Both the position numbers and the translations under genes were made by a program. 64,000 bases of DNA from positions 157,294,001-157,358,000 of the forward strand of contig NC_042997.1 of NCBI RefSeq assembly GCF_006345805.1, in the 5' to 3' direction. The notes under the pieces are model-generated. The model was not told where the DNA came from. It did no database searches and saw only the letters and a list, made by a program, of their open reading frames with translations. Source of the stretch: Octopus sinensis. Lineage: Eukaryota. Shown here piece after piece: positions 53,659-64,000 of the stretch (positions are counted from its first letter, which is position 1; every line of letters begins with the position of its first letter).

Positions 53659-53979
53659 TGAGGGCGCGTGGCTTAGTGGTTAGGGCATTCGGCTCATGAT
53701 CGTAAGGTTGTGAGTTCGATTCCCGGCGACGCGTTGTGTCCTTGAGCAAGACACTTTATTTCACGTTGCTCCAGTCCACTCAGCTGGCAAAAATGAGTTG
53801 TACTTGTATTTCAAAGGGTCAGCCTTGTCACTCTCTGTGTCACGCTGATTATCCCCGAGAACTACGTTAAGGGTACACGTGTCTGTGGAATGCTCAGCCA
53901 TTTGCACGTTAATTTCACGAGCAAGCTGTTCCGTTGATCGTATCAGCTGGGACCCTCGTCGTCGTAACCGGCGGAGTCT
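53659..53979 (+). mobile_element. Family C tRNA-headed SINE, full length, 14-bp TSD
   Basis: A-box-like tggcttagtgg and B-box-like gagttcgattcc. taaattacaataat at 53645-53658 and 53980-53993. Confidence 0.9.
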
Positions 53980-54004
53980 TAAATTACAATAATCATCACT
54001 TTTT

Positions 54005-54650
54005 CTCACCTACTTCTCCGATTTTTATTTCGTTTCAAACTACTAAAATCTGTTGGGATTATCAGAGAATCTTGCCTTTCATAGTATAGAAACATTTCGT
54101 GGCACCAGCAGACAAATTGGAAAAGGCTTTGCCCCGGAGAAAAGCGAAGGAGTTGCGCTGAAACATTCATTCTGACTCGCGGGGTTCGCACTTGCGGACA
54201 GCAACCTCTACCTCGATAACAGTGAACAAGTACATGGTCCGGGAACTAAGAATGTCAGAGGTCTCAACTGCCACAGGTTCAACCATAAACCTGTCGGAGA
54301 GCGACCGTTAGCCCGACAGTCTTTTTTCTTAGCCTGACGAACAGCGGAGCTTGGTTTAGTAGCTGACACCACCAAGTTATTGCTGGAGAAGGTGTTATAG
54401 AATATGTTATTCCAGAAACGGGGCCTACCGCCGAGGAACGGGAAAATCGTCTTACCGTCCGTAAAGTCGGGATGCCGGCAATTCGTCTGAGAAATGGGTC
54501 GCACGAGTAGGTGATGGGTACTGCTGCAGCAAATGCCGTCGGCCATTCTCCACGACAACACCTTTGTTATTTTGTTTGCAGGGTGCAGTTGGACACAGCG
54601 TTCGGATTAGGGAGTACATCCTGTTAATCCTTTCCCTCGCCACTTCTTCA
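54005..54650 (-). pseudogene. CRE-clade retrotransposon 3-prime fragment (REL domain)
   Basis: DGKTIFPFLGG..W..NTFSSNNLVVSATKPSSA, LSDRFMVEPVAVETS and KCEPRESE*MFQRNSFAFLRGKA match the PDG..WD..AVET..QRGNA pattern of CRE-type REL. Confidence 0.7.
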
Positions 54651-55267
54651 GTTGCTTAACTTCCTTTTTATCTTTCTTCTTTTTTTGTTGAAGTAATTGG
54701 GGTTACTGCTTCAGTGATTGATTTCTGATTTCACTTTTATTCCATGTGTAAGACCATCTTAATTTGTCGATAATTTAGTCTTTCATACTTCTATTTTTTT
54801 TTCTTCTTTTAATCAATTTATCTTTAATATGGCAATAGGTCGTTATTCAAAAGTTTTGTACATCCAGAGACTCAGTAAAACATTTAATTGTACGTCTTTG
54901 TAAGATACAAGATTCTATGTTTTAGTTAAGATCGCTATTGAATAGGTATCAGACTTCTGGGTAATCCCTATATGTCTCAAAAGCAGACTATCGTCTTACA
55001 CAAGGATTCGTATTGAGTCTGAAAGCGAGTAACTATCCACTTAATAAGTCCACTTCAATTCATGAGAGTATTACTAACTTATTAATTAAAGTGAATTAAC
55101 TGAACACTAACTATATATTTGTCTAAGCCGGCAATCCTGGAAATGATATCTTAGAATTAAATAAGACCAGAACTGCACATGCGCTGCAGAAAGGAATCAG
55201 AGAATGCAAAATATACTTCTTGTACAAAAATCTAGAGTTAGAGGACTCTTGGTGCAATATCGCGACT

Positions 55268-55465
55268 ATGGCGAGCTGGCAGAAACGTTAGCACGCCGGT
55301 CGAAATGCGTAGCCATATTTCGTCTGCTGTTACGTTCTGAGTTCAAATTCCGCCGAGGTCGACTTTGCTTTTCTACGTTTTCGGGGCCAGGGGTCGATGT
55401 AATCGACTTAATCCCTTTGACTGTCCTTCTTTGTCCCCTCTTGTGGGCAATAAAGAAATATATAT
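55268..55465 (+). mobile_element. Family A SINE with internal deletions
   Basis: ggcgagctggcagaaacgttagcacgccgg head and core. Confidence 0.85.
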
Positions 55466-55944
55466 ATTCTGATTCCTATGTATCACTTAGATTCTATGTC
55501 TGTAAAAAAAAAAAAAATTCTACTGAATACATTAATTACTTTTTGACTAAGAGACGTCGTTATTTGATACGATATATCTTGAATAGCAATGTCTTCACCC
55601 TTTTCATTTCACATGATTTAAACTCGGTCATTGAGATGAATAGATTGGTTTGCAGGCTTATTTTTGTGAATGAATTTAATCACAATAAAACAAGGTCCGA
55701 TATCAGGCTTCATTTGCTGATACTCGACGGACTCAGATTAACATGGAAGAACCACACATGCTTCTTACACACACACACGCAAAATATATTAATGGTTCGC
55801 ATTCGGATTCCTGCAATAATCATTATTATTTACTAATTTTCTTTAGAAAATATTTTAAAGTTCTAAGTTTTGGTTTCCATAACTAATCTTAATGTTATTA
55901 TTATTATTCTTTATTTTTATTCTTATTCTCCTGATTATTATTAT

Positions 55945-56160
55945 TACAGTAATACAGGTGTTACGTTCCAAAACCCCACGCGATAGGTGAAAATCTGCGA
56001 AGTAGAAACAGTACTGTACTGTATATTTTTAAAAGTTATTTTTTATAATTTGTATATATTTATTTTATTATAATTGCAAAACAACACCACGGAGGAATCG
56101 ATGTAAGCTTAAATGATAAACCGCGATAGGTGAACCGCGATATGATGAGGGATTACTGCA
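55945..56160. mobile_element. pogo/Tigger-like MITE
   Basis: TA-cagtaat at left and attactg-CA at right. Subterminal cgcgataggtgaa repeats occur near both ends. Confidence 0.55.
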
Positions 56161-56446
56161 TTGATGTCGTTGCTTTTAGGGTGGTCAGCTGGAAGAATCA
56201 TGTGAGTATTTGAAAAACAAATTGCTTAACGGCATTTCTTATAGCGCTTTGTGTTCTGGATTCAAATGCCGCTGAGGTCAACTTTATTCTTTTCGGGTGT
56301 CCCTAAAATACATACAAGTTGAATACTGGGATCGATGTAATCGACATGCCCCGTCCCTCTAAAATTGTTGGCCTTGTAGCAAAATTAGATCGTAAATCCA
56401 GTCGATTAGAAATATCAGCAACAGTATCAGCAACCACAACAACAGT

Positions 56447-56830
56447 GGAGGCGCAATGTCCCAGTGGTTAGGGCAGCAGACTCGAGGTCGTAAGAACGCG
56501 GTTTCGATTCTCAGACTGGGCATTGTGAGTGTTTATTGAGCGAAACACCTAAGCTCCACGAGGCTCTGGCGGGGTAGAAGTGCTGAACCCCGCTGTATTC
56601 GTCCATTACAACTTACTCTCACTCTTTCTTTCTACTTTTGTCTCAAAGCAGAGGAACCATGGTGTAACTCACTATGGTGTGGTAAACTTTCAAACCCTAG
56701 TCTAGATTGTGAATCCTCTGTACCCCAGGATGGTTCAGCTCCCCACCCGTTAAAAGCCACCGTTTACGGAATGAGGATAACAACGTGGCTTTCGCGCCCG
56801 TGCAACCGCTAGTCTATCGCGTGTGGTGGG
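56447..56830 (+). mobile_element. tRNA-headed SINE, distinct head
   Basis: ggaggcgcaatgtcccagtggttagggcagc...ggtttcgattc followed by a non-tRNA body; 3-prime limit approximate. Confidence 0.55.
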
Positions 56831-57711
56831 TGAATCTTCAAGTTGCCATATGCATTCTTAGTAGCTTAGAGTAGGCTCCAGTTAGAGATTATTCTTTGTG
56901 GCTAATGGTGTAAGACTTGATTAGAAGAAGGAGAAGAAGAAAAAGAAAACAACAACAACAATATTGCTACTAATAATAAAGATATCAACGTCAACATTAA
57001 GATACATACACATATCGCTTCAAGTGCAAGCGCGAACAACGTTAAATTGCATTTTTGCTATAGGAAAATTCTCGATATGAAACATTTTATCGAAAAATCA
57101 AGAGCCAAGAACATTTTGCTCATCGAACCAAGGCCAGCTTTCCTCAAACAAAGTTCATGCGAGAAGAAAGTATGGAAAGCAAACTATACAACAGGGTTTT
57201 CTGAAGCTACGGAAACACGAATTAGAGACAGCCTTGGTAGATATTTTCAGTGAAATGTCCTATACTAGTATTCGCTCAGATAAAACGGTATAATAAAGGG
57301 TGTTTATTTACTTTTGAGATGTCTGTGAATATGCACGTGTGTATGTATGTCATTATTCAGTTTATAGCACTATTTTTGTCATTTTAAAGCAGAGAACGAG
57401 GCGAAAGCCCAAGCGCAAATAGTACGCGATACACATGCTCATAAATTAGTCCCACTATATTTAAGAAGCAGAAGCACAAAAGTTGCCCTCTGACTTGTGT
57501 CTTCAGGCTGTTGAGCGGATTGTTGGAAATGATCCCTGTTGTAATGCAGCAGATGTAGCAGAGCTACTACAAAGGAATTTCAGCAACAGTGTACTTTTGT
57601 ATGTATGTATGTATGTATGTATGTATGTATGTATGTATGTATGTATGTATGTATGTATGTATGTATGTATGTATGTATGTATGTATGTATGTATGTATGC
57701 ATGCATGTATG

Positions 57712-58830
57712 TGCAGAACTGTATGTTTTATGTATGTATTCTCATGCATATAGTTGCATATCAAAACATATTCATATATATTTAAATGATTCACTTCTGG
57801 ATCTGTAGTCTTCGGATTAGCTTTTTCCTTACTGGTTTTGAGAAGCCTAAATTCTCAAGATTGGTATTTAGGCAGTGTGTTACATATCCCAGAGCTCCAA
57901 TAATTACAGGTATAAACCCGAACTTGTAATCTGGATAGAATAACTGCAGATTTCTCAATAGTTCAGCAAAGTGTTCTCTTTTTTACTGATCTTCAGTTTT
58001 ATGTTAACATCAGCTGGGCATCTAATTCCCACAAATGTGCACAGTTTCTCTTCTTTCTTCTAAATAATCACATCAAGTATGTTGTATTTACATTTTATTG
58101 AGGTCTTCACTGGTATATTCCACCAGTATTCTTTTTTATTATGAGTAGCTATGGCTTCTGCTATATTGCGGGTATTTATTCCTTTGTCCTCAGGATTATC
58201 CTTCAGACGGATTTCATTATAGCTACAACGTCATATCTCATCGTGATGATATTTTCGGACAACTGCTTATGATGCGAGTTATATCTTCAGTGAGAACTCC
58301 ACAAAGTTTGCATCGGTTGTCTCATTTTACGTATTTTCCAGCATCTCTATCCCTTTTGTGCATCAGGTACTTGGTTGATATTTCCTGTTCTTGGATTGCA
58401 AACGCATACCCTTTCAAGTGGGAAGTAGTAATCCGGTTATTGATCCATGATAAACTGCTTTGAAGATCAATGTTACTATCATCACGGAGCTTTCTAGTAA
58501 CATTTCTATGCATAGTCTTCTGCTCACATAGTCTCATCTTTCCATCTGCTGATGTTTTGCATTAGAGTCGTGCGACTTCTTTGGGCATGTATTCTAGGTT
58601 ATCAGTCAAGGAGTGTTGCTCGAGGAGTTGCCTTCCAAGTCTTATGATGTTATGAGACTCATGTACGCAAACTTGGTCTAGAGATGCACTTCGACACTTG
58701 GTGGTTTAAAATGCTGCGGAAGGGATATGATGCAACATTCAAAGGCTTTTGGATCGATGTTAAGCCTCTGCCGCCTTGTTTTCGTTTTAGGTAGAGGCAG
58801 TCTTGGTAACTTAATGTAGAAATTGTGTGC
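57712..58830 (-). mobile_element. 5-prime-truncated R4/Dong-clade element embedded in (TACA)n
   Basis: CLYLKRKQGGRGL, YAFAIQEQEISTKYLMHKRDRDAG, CKLCGVLTEDITRIISSCPK, EYWWNIPVKTS and YPDYKFGFIPVIIGALGYV...LGFSKP, then a 3-prime UTR. (TATG)n on the plus strand at both 57597-57710 and 58830-59060. Confidence 0.85.
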
Positions 58831-59669
58831 TTGTATGTATGTATGTATGTATGTATGTATGTATGTATGTATGTATGTGTATGTATGTATGTATGTATGT
58901 ACGTATGTATGCATGTATGTATGTATGTATGCATGCATGTATGTATGTATGTATGTATGCATGTATGTATTATGTATGTAAGTATGTATGTATATGTATG
59001 TATGTATGTATGTAGTATGTATGTATGTATGTATTATGCATGTATGTATGTATATGTACGTATATAGGCACAACACAAGATCTATGTAGAATAACGTTGA
59101 AGGCAATATCACGTAAACTGACATATACAAATTAAAATATGCAAATATAAAGCACAAGTGCACTGTACATACGAAGAACACAGACACATATACATGCGAA
59201 CTGGATATGAAAATGCTCAAACACAAAGGAAATTGATAAACAATTGATGAGTAAAGTAAGATTTATTTCGGAATTTTACTACTTTCCAAGTATAACTAAT
59301 CATCTACGACTTTCATAGATGAGCATTTAATTATTCGAACGACTGAAGTACCAACGATTATATGATTATCTAAATGGATTAGAGACGTTTGAGCCTTGGT
59401 AAGAATGTTTTGCCATATATCTGAGTTGAAATCCCGTTGAAGTAGACTTTATTGTTTATCCTTTAAGGGTCCGACCCTTAAAATACTAGTCCAGTATGGG
59501 ATTATCTTCTACCTTCCCCCTCTACTTCTCCTTATACATGAGTCTTCACTCTGACTTACTCTTTCCCTCTCACTCCTTCTCTCTCCACCCTTATTGTTGC
59601 CATTTATATTGCACAATCTATATCGTGATTTATTTATTCATATTTTTTTTTGCTTTTGACTTCTTTTAT

Positions 59670-59960
59670 TTTGCTAGGCACCGTCTTGAAGATTTTCAGT
59701 CGAATGAATCGATCCCAGTACTTTTTTTAAAAGCCTGGCTCCGAATCTGCCTGTTCTTTGGACGAATAGCTAAGTTAAAGGGACGAAAACACACCAATAT
59801 CGATGGTCAAGCAGTGATGGAAGACAAACACACGCACACACGAAGCTGTTTTCGTTTGGCCTGAAAGCTATAGTAGAAAACACTCGCCCAAAGTGCCACG
59901 GAGTAGGACTGAAATTGAAACCATGTGGTCGGGGAGCAAACTTCCTAGCATACAGCCGCG
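59670..59960 (-). mobile_element. Family B SINE, decayed
   Basis: Head aaccatgtggtcggggagcaa and tail acaccaatatcgatggtcaagc on the minus strand. Confidence 0.7.
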
Positions 59961-61622
59961 CCTTCGCGTTTATTTATTGTAGGTTTTATTTCGTTCACGG
60001 TTCATTCAAAAGGAGTCGTACGATATCTGTTTGGCATCGGAGACTTCTAGACGTCACGGCGCATGCCTGCTTCCTACAAATCTGAAGAATACTGCTTTCC
60101 ACGCAACTTTCGCGTTTCTTTTGATGCTGGCTCTTGTTTGTTTGTCTGCGCATCTGTTTCCTCAAAATTCTCATGTTTGTTTCTTTTCCTTATATTTTTG
60201 TATTTTATTTTTTTGATATTTTTTTTTTATTTCTTAGATAAGATGGACATGTTTAGTGGTGTACGTGTTGCCTTTTTTTCATTTCGTGGGTGTATGTGCA
60301 TTTGGATATATATCTGTACGTGAATGTGTTTGTGTGTATGCGTGTGTTTGTGTCTCAATGTGTATGAGTGCGTGTGAGTGCGTGTGTTTGTGTCTCTCTC
60401 CTTCTGTATGTGTACGTGAGCGCGGGCGTGCGTGTGTAGTTATGAGCGCTTGTGTATGGTATTGTGTGCATGTGAATGTCTTGTACCTATGTATATCATG
60501 TGAGAGTACGTTGGGCATGTATGTAACCGAAGTAGCTTCTGTGCGTCTATACTTACGTATGTGAGTGTTTGCGAATGCGGGTCAATATGTATGAATGTAT
60601 GTGCAATTCATATACGTATGTGAGCGTATGTGTTCATGTAGTTGAGTATAATGTTGTTGGTGACGTGTTCATGTGCATGCGCATGTGTGAGATCAAGTGT
60701 GCGTGCGTGTGTGAGATCAGTGTATGTGCGTGTGTGTGTGTGTGTAAGTTTGTGTGTAAGTGCATGTATGTGTGATTTTGTGCGTGTGTATGATAATGTT
60801 TAATGTTATTTGTGGATATGATGTGAGATTTTGATGCGTGTAAGTGCGTGTTATTTATTTGTGTATGCCAGCGCGTGCGTGTGTGTATGTGTGTATGTGT
60901 ATCTGTATCTCAATGAAAGCAAGACAGGAGAGAAAGTACGAACAATAGAGAGAGAGAGAGTAGATAGTAAAACTGTTGGATAGACAGAGACAGACGGTAG
61001 AAGAGTATGAGATCAAAGGAGACAAGCGAAATGCCACAAAGACAGAGAGAAAAAGAGAGTACGTAAATGTAAAAGATCAAAAGATTACATGTATATCTAT
61101 ATGTATGTGTATGTATCTGTGTGTGTATGTGTGTGTATGTATCTGTGTGTATGTGTGTGTGTGTTGGGGGAGTATACTCACAAATACCTAAGTATATGAA
61201 ATAAGATGAACATTAAGCAAAATAGAATACTAATTTACAGAATATTCACAAATTGCTGAAAATTAAGTTTTATATGATTAAGTAAAATGGCTTCACCAGT
61301 TATTGCCATCCTTCTCCATTGTAACTAATCTCCATTGTAACTAATCACCATTATAAAGAATGTAACGCAGTCTATTTTTTGAGCATTCTATTCATATGTG
61401 CAGTCTTGTCCTTACGAACACAGACACACAGACAACAAAAACACAGAAACAGACACATACACACACAAATATACAAATACTTTGAAGGCTACCTTCTACT
61501 GCCCAAATAGGTTGTTAACCCAATATTTACAAGATATTATTTAAGGCTTTATTTGCTTCGAGATCGACTGTTCCAAATGAAAGAATTACTTCATGTCCTT
61601 ACGAAGTTTATAGTTTCAATAT

Positions 61623-61661
<39 letters not shown>

Positions 61662-61743
61662 TAATATATATATATAAAACAAATAAAAGACAGAAGATGG
61701 AATATACGAGAATATATTATTAATCACAATTGTTTCGGCATAT

Positions 61744-61779
61744 CCTTTTCAACCTTCTACATACACACACATATATAAG

Positions 61780-61858
<79 letters not shown>

Positions 61859-61916
61859 TGTGTTTATGTGTGTGTTTGTGTGTGTGTGTGTGTGTGTATG
61901 CGTGTGTGTGTGTGTA

Positions 61917-61952
<36 letters not shown>

Positions 61953-61964
61953 AGGTTGAAAAGG
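61744..61964. repeat. 18-bp perfect inverted repeat enclosing a CA/TA/TG microsatellite
   Basis: ccttttcaaccttctaca (61744-61761) versus tgtagaaggttgaaaagg (61947-61964). Confidence 0.8.
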
Positions 61965-62194
61965 AACGCACGATGTGATATGTATAAGGAAAAAAGTCAA
62001 GGTAGAAAATGCTAAAATAATTTTATCATATAAAAACATTTTAGCACCGGTTTCATCATTCACACTTTTTCAACTCTAAGTATGGAAAACAATTAAATTT
62101 TGGAAAAATTAAATGAACAATTTTTAACAGAATATTTGCATAGTATTAAAATACAAGGAGCCATGTCCTTGCATCTGCATGTTTCTGTTTCTCT

Positions 62195-62466
62195 TGTTTA
62201 CTCTTGTGGGTTCGAAACGCACCAACATCGGTTGTCAAGTGATGGTGGAGGGACAAACACAGATACCCAAATACACACACACACACACACACGCACACGC
62301 ACATACACACATATATATTCGTCAAGCTTCTTTCAGTTTCCGTTAACCAAAATCCACCTACAAGGCTTTGATCGGCCCGTAGCTTTAGTAGAAGACATTT
62401 CCCCAAGGTGTCACGCAGTGGAACTGAACCAGGAACAATGTGGTTGGGAAGTAAGCTTCTTACCAC

Positions 62467-62470
<4 letters not shown>
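62195..62470 (-). mobile_element. Family B SINE, partial
   Basis: aaatccacctacaaggctttg...gtggaactgaacc...agcttcttaccacaca is the head on the minus strand. Confidence 0.8.
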
Positions 62471-62505
<35 letters not shown>

Positions 62506-62767
62506 TTGATAATAAGGGGAATGAAGAATTTGAACATTCAAACTTTATATTTATTTTCAGTTAGTTTATTCATAATAATTGTCCGAAATGTATTTCTCCT
62601 TATTATCGATACTGTACTTTACACTCTAAATAGCTAGTAAATAAACTGAAACTTCGGATGGCAGTTAGAAGAAGTTTACCATAAAACGCACCGTCTGAAG
62701 GAAGCAACCTAGAAATTTTACATTGAGAAATTCGGTATCTACCTGGATATTACGTCGCTCCTTTTAC

Positions 62768-62839
<72 letters not shown>

Positions 62840-62842
<3 letters not shown>

Positions 62843-63045
62843 TTGTCCCCCTAGCATTGCTTGACAACCGATGCTGGTGTGTTAACGTCCCCGTCACTTA
62901 GCGGTTCGGCAAAAGAGACCGATAGAATAAGTACTGGGCTTACAAAGAATAAGTCCTGGGGTCGATTTGCTCGACTAAAGGCGGTGCTCCAGCATGGCCG
63001 CAGTCAAATGACTGAAACAAGTAAAAGAGTAAAAGAGTAAAAGAT
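62840..63045 (+). mobile_element. Family B SINE tail
   Basis: gcttgacaaccgatgctggtg...gcggtgctccagcatggccgcagtcaaatgactgaaacaagtaaaaga. Confidence 0.9.
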
Positions 63046-63127
63046 ATACATATATATATATATATATATAATATATATATATATACACACACATATATAT
63101 ATACACACACATATATATATACACGTA

Positions 63128-63161
<34 letters not shown>

Positions 63162-63189
63162 CGTATATATATATATATATACATACACA

Positions 63190-63227
<38 letters not shown>

Positions 63228-63238
63228 CACACACACGC

Positions 63239-63271
<33 letters not shown>

Positions 63272-63434
63272 ATATTATATATATATATATATATACATAT
63301 GTATATATATATATAGTAAAGTCTCCTGATATGAAATCGTGTGTTAAAAAAGATATTGTTGTATTTCAGGGCGGTCATTCTTTTTCTATATAAACACACG
63401 CACTATATATTTGTTCTTCATTCGTTTATTACTG

Positions 63435-64000
63435 TTCTTATTCTAACTCATGTCCATTGTCCGGAATCCTTTCGTCACACGTCTGTGACCTCTTTAGTAA
63501 CACTTTCTATCTTCGTGTGTGCTCTCACTCCACTTATTTTATTCTGTTCTATGATGTGTATGCTTATATGCGCATGTGTTTACGTCCGTGTTTATGTGTG
63601 ATTGTGTGCAAGTGGGTGTGTGTATGTGTGTGTGTCATTGTTCTTAGTAGCGCTATGACCGTCTTTCCTGTTGTCACTCTTGCTGTCATAGGACCCGAAA
63701 TTTGGTACAGTTCCTGTATTACTCTGTGTTTGTGTATTCGCCCACGTTGCTGCCCTTGTGTTAGATGTTGCTGATACTGTTGCGGCCGCCTGTGAAGTTA
63801 CTATTTGTGTTTCTGTGTGTATATGGGTTCGCTTCCTATATTGTTTGTATCCGTGCCCTTTATATAGATGTATTTATCGATCTATTTATTTTCATGTACC
63901 TCTATTTCTTATATTTATCACAGGTATGCTTATTTAAGGCAGAGAGGTCACAGATGTGTGACGAAATATTCCGGACAATGGACATGAGTTTGAATAAGAA
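63435..64000. repeat. Inverted-repeat pair (at least 58-bp arms; right arm runs off the window) with an HHR-like hairpin
   Basis: 63435-63493 is the near-identical reverse complement of 63943-64000. Contains GTCACA-gacg/gatg-TGTGAC GAAA. Confidence 0.75.

Noticed and set aside
53659-53735. tRNA gene
   Set aside because: A and B boxes are present, but the acceptor stem does not close. It continues into a SINE body with a TSD and has paralogues.
55204-55836. 210-aa ORF
   Set aside because: The N-terminal half is family A SINE read-through (the same peptide appears at 42815-43189). The rest has no recognisable motif.
62500-62770. Overlapping short inverted repeats and CTGAAGG...GAAA between TA tracts
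   Set aside because: Probably PLE-type debris, but too degenerate to define arms or a ribozyme fold.

Overview
AT-rich, microsatellite-dense eukaryotic DNA. The SINE families and repeat load point to an octopod cephalopod (inference; no database check was possible). No host protein-coding gene can be confidently called, and nearly all listed ORFs are read-throughs of (TA)n, (TATG)n, (CA)n or triplet tracts, or of SINEs. The window is a layered transposon landscape. It holds three tRNA-headed SINE families, mariner/Tc1/pogo/piggyBac-type MITEs and relics, two non-autonomous Helitrons and a decayed CR1-clade LINE. It also holds relics of three restriction-like-endonuclease (REL) retrotransposon clades (R4/Dong, HERO, CRE) and a Penelope-like (PLE) GIY-YIG element folded into a 1.07-kb inverted repeat. 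The most interesting signal is at least five divergent inverted-repeat modules carrying minimal type I hammerhead-ribozyme (HHR) motifs, most beside (TA)n tracts. One compact HHR (36235-36274, minus strand) has all three stems, a CCGANGA (U4C) core, and a compensatory stem III change in its partner copy. Other notable points are an R4/Dong family apparently inserting into (TACA)n microsatellites, a SINE trimer bounded by one 18-bp target-site duplication (TSD), and a few low-confidence micro-exon candidates on the plus strand. Most repeat boundaries are approximate to about 10-20 bp.
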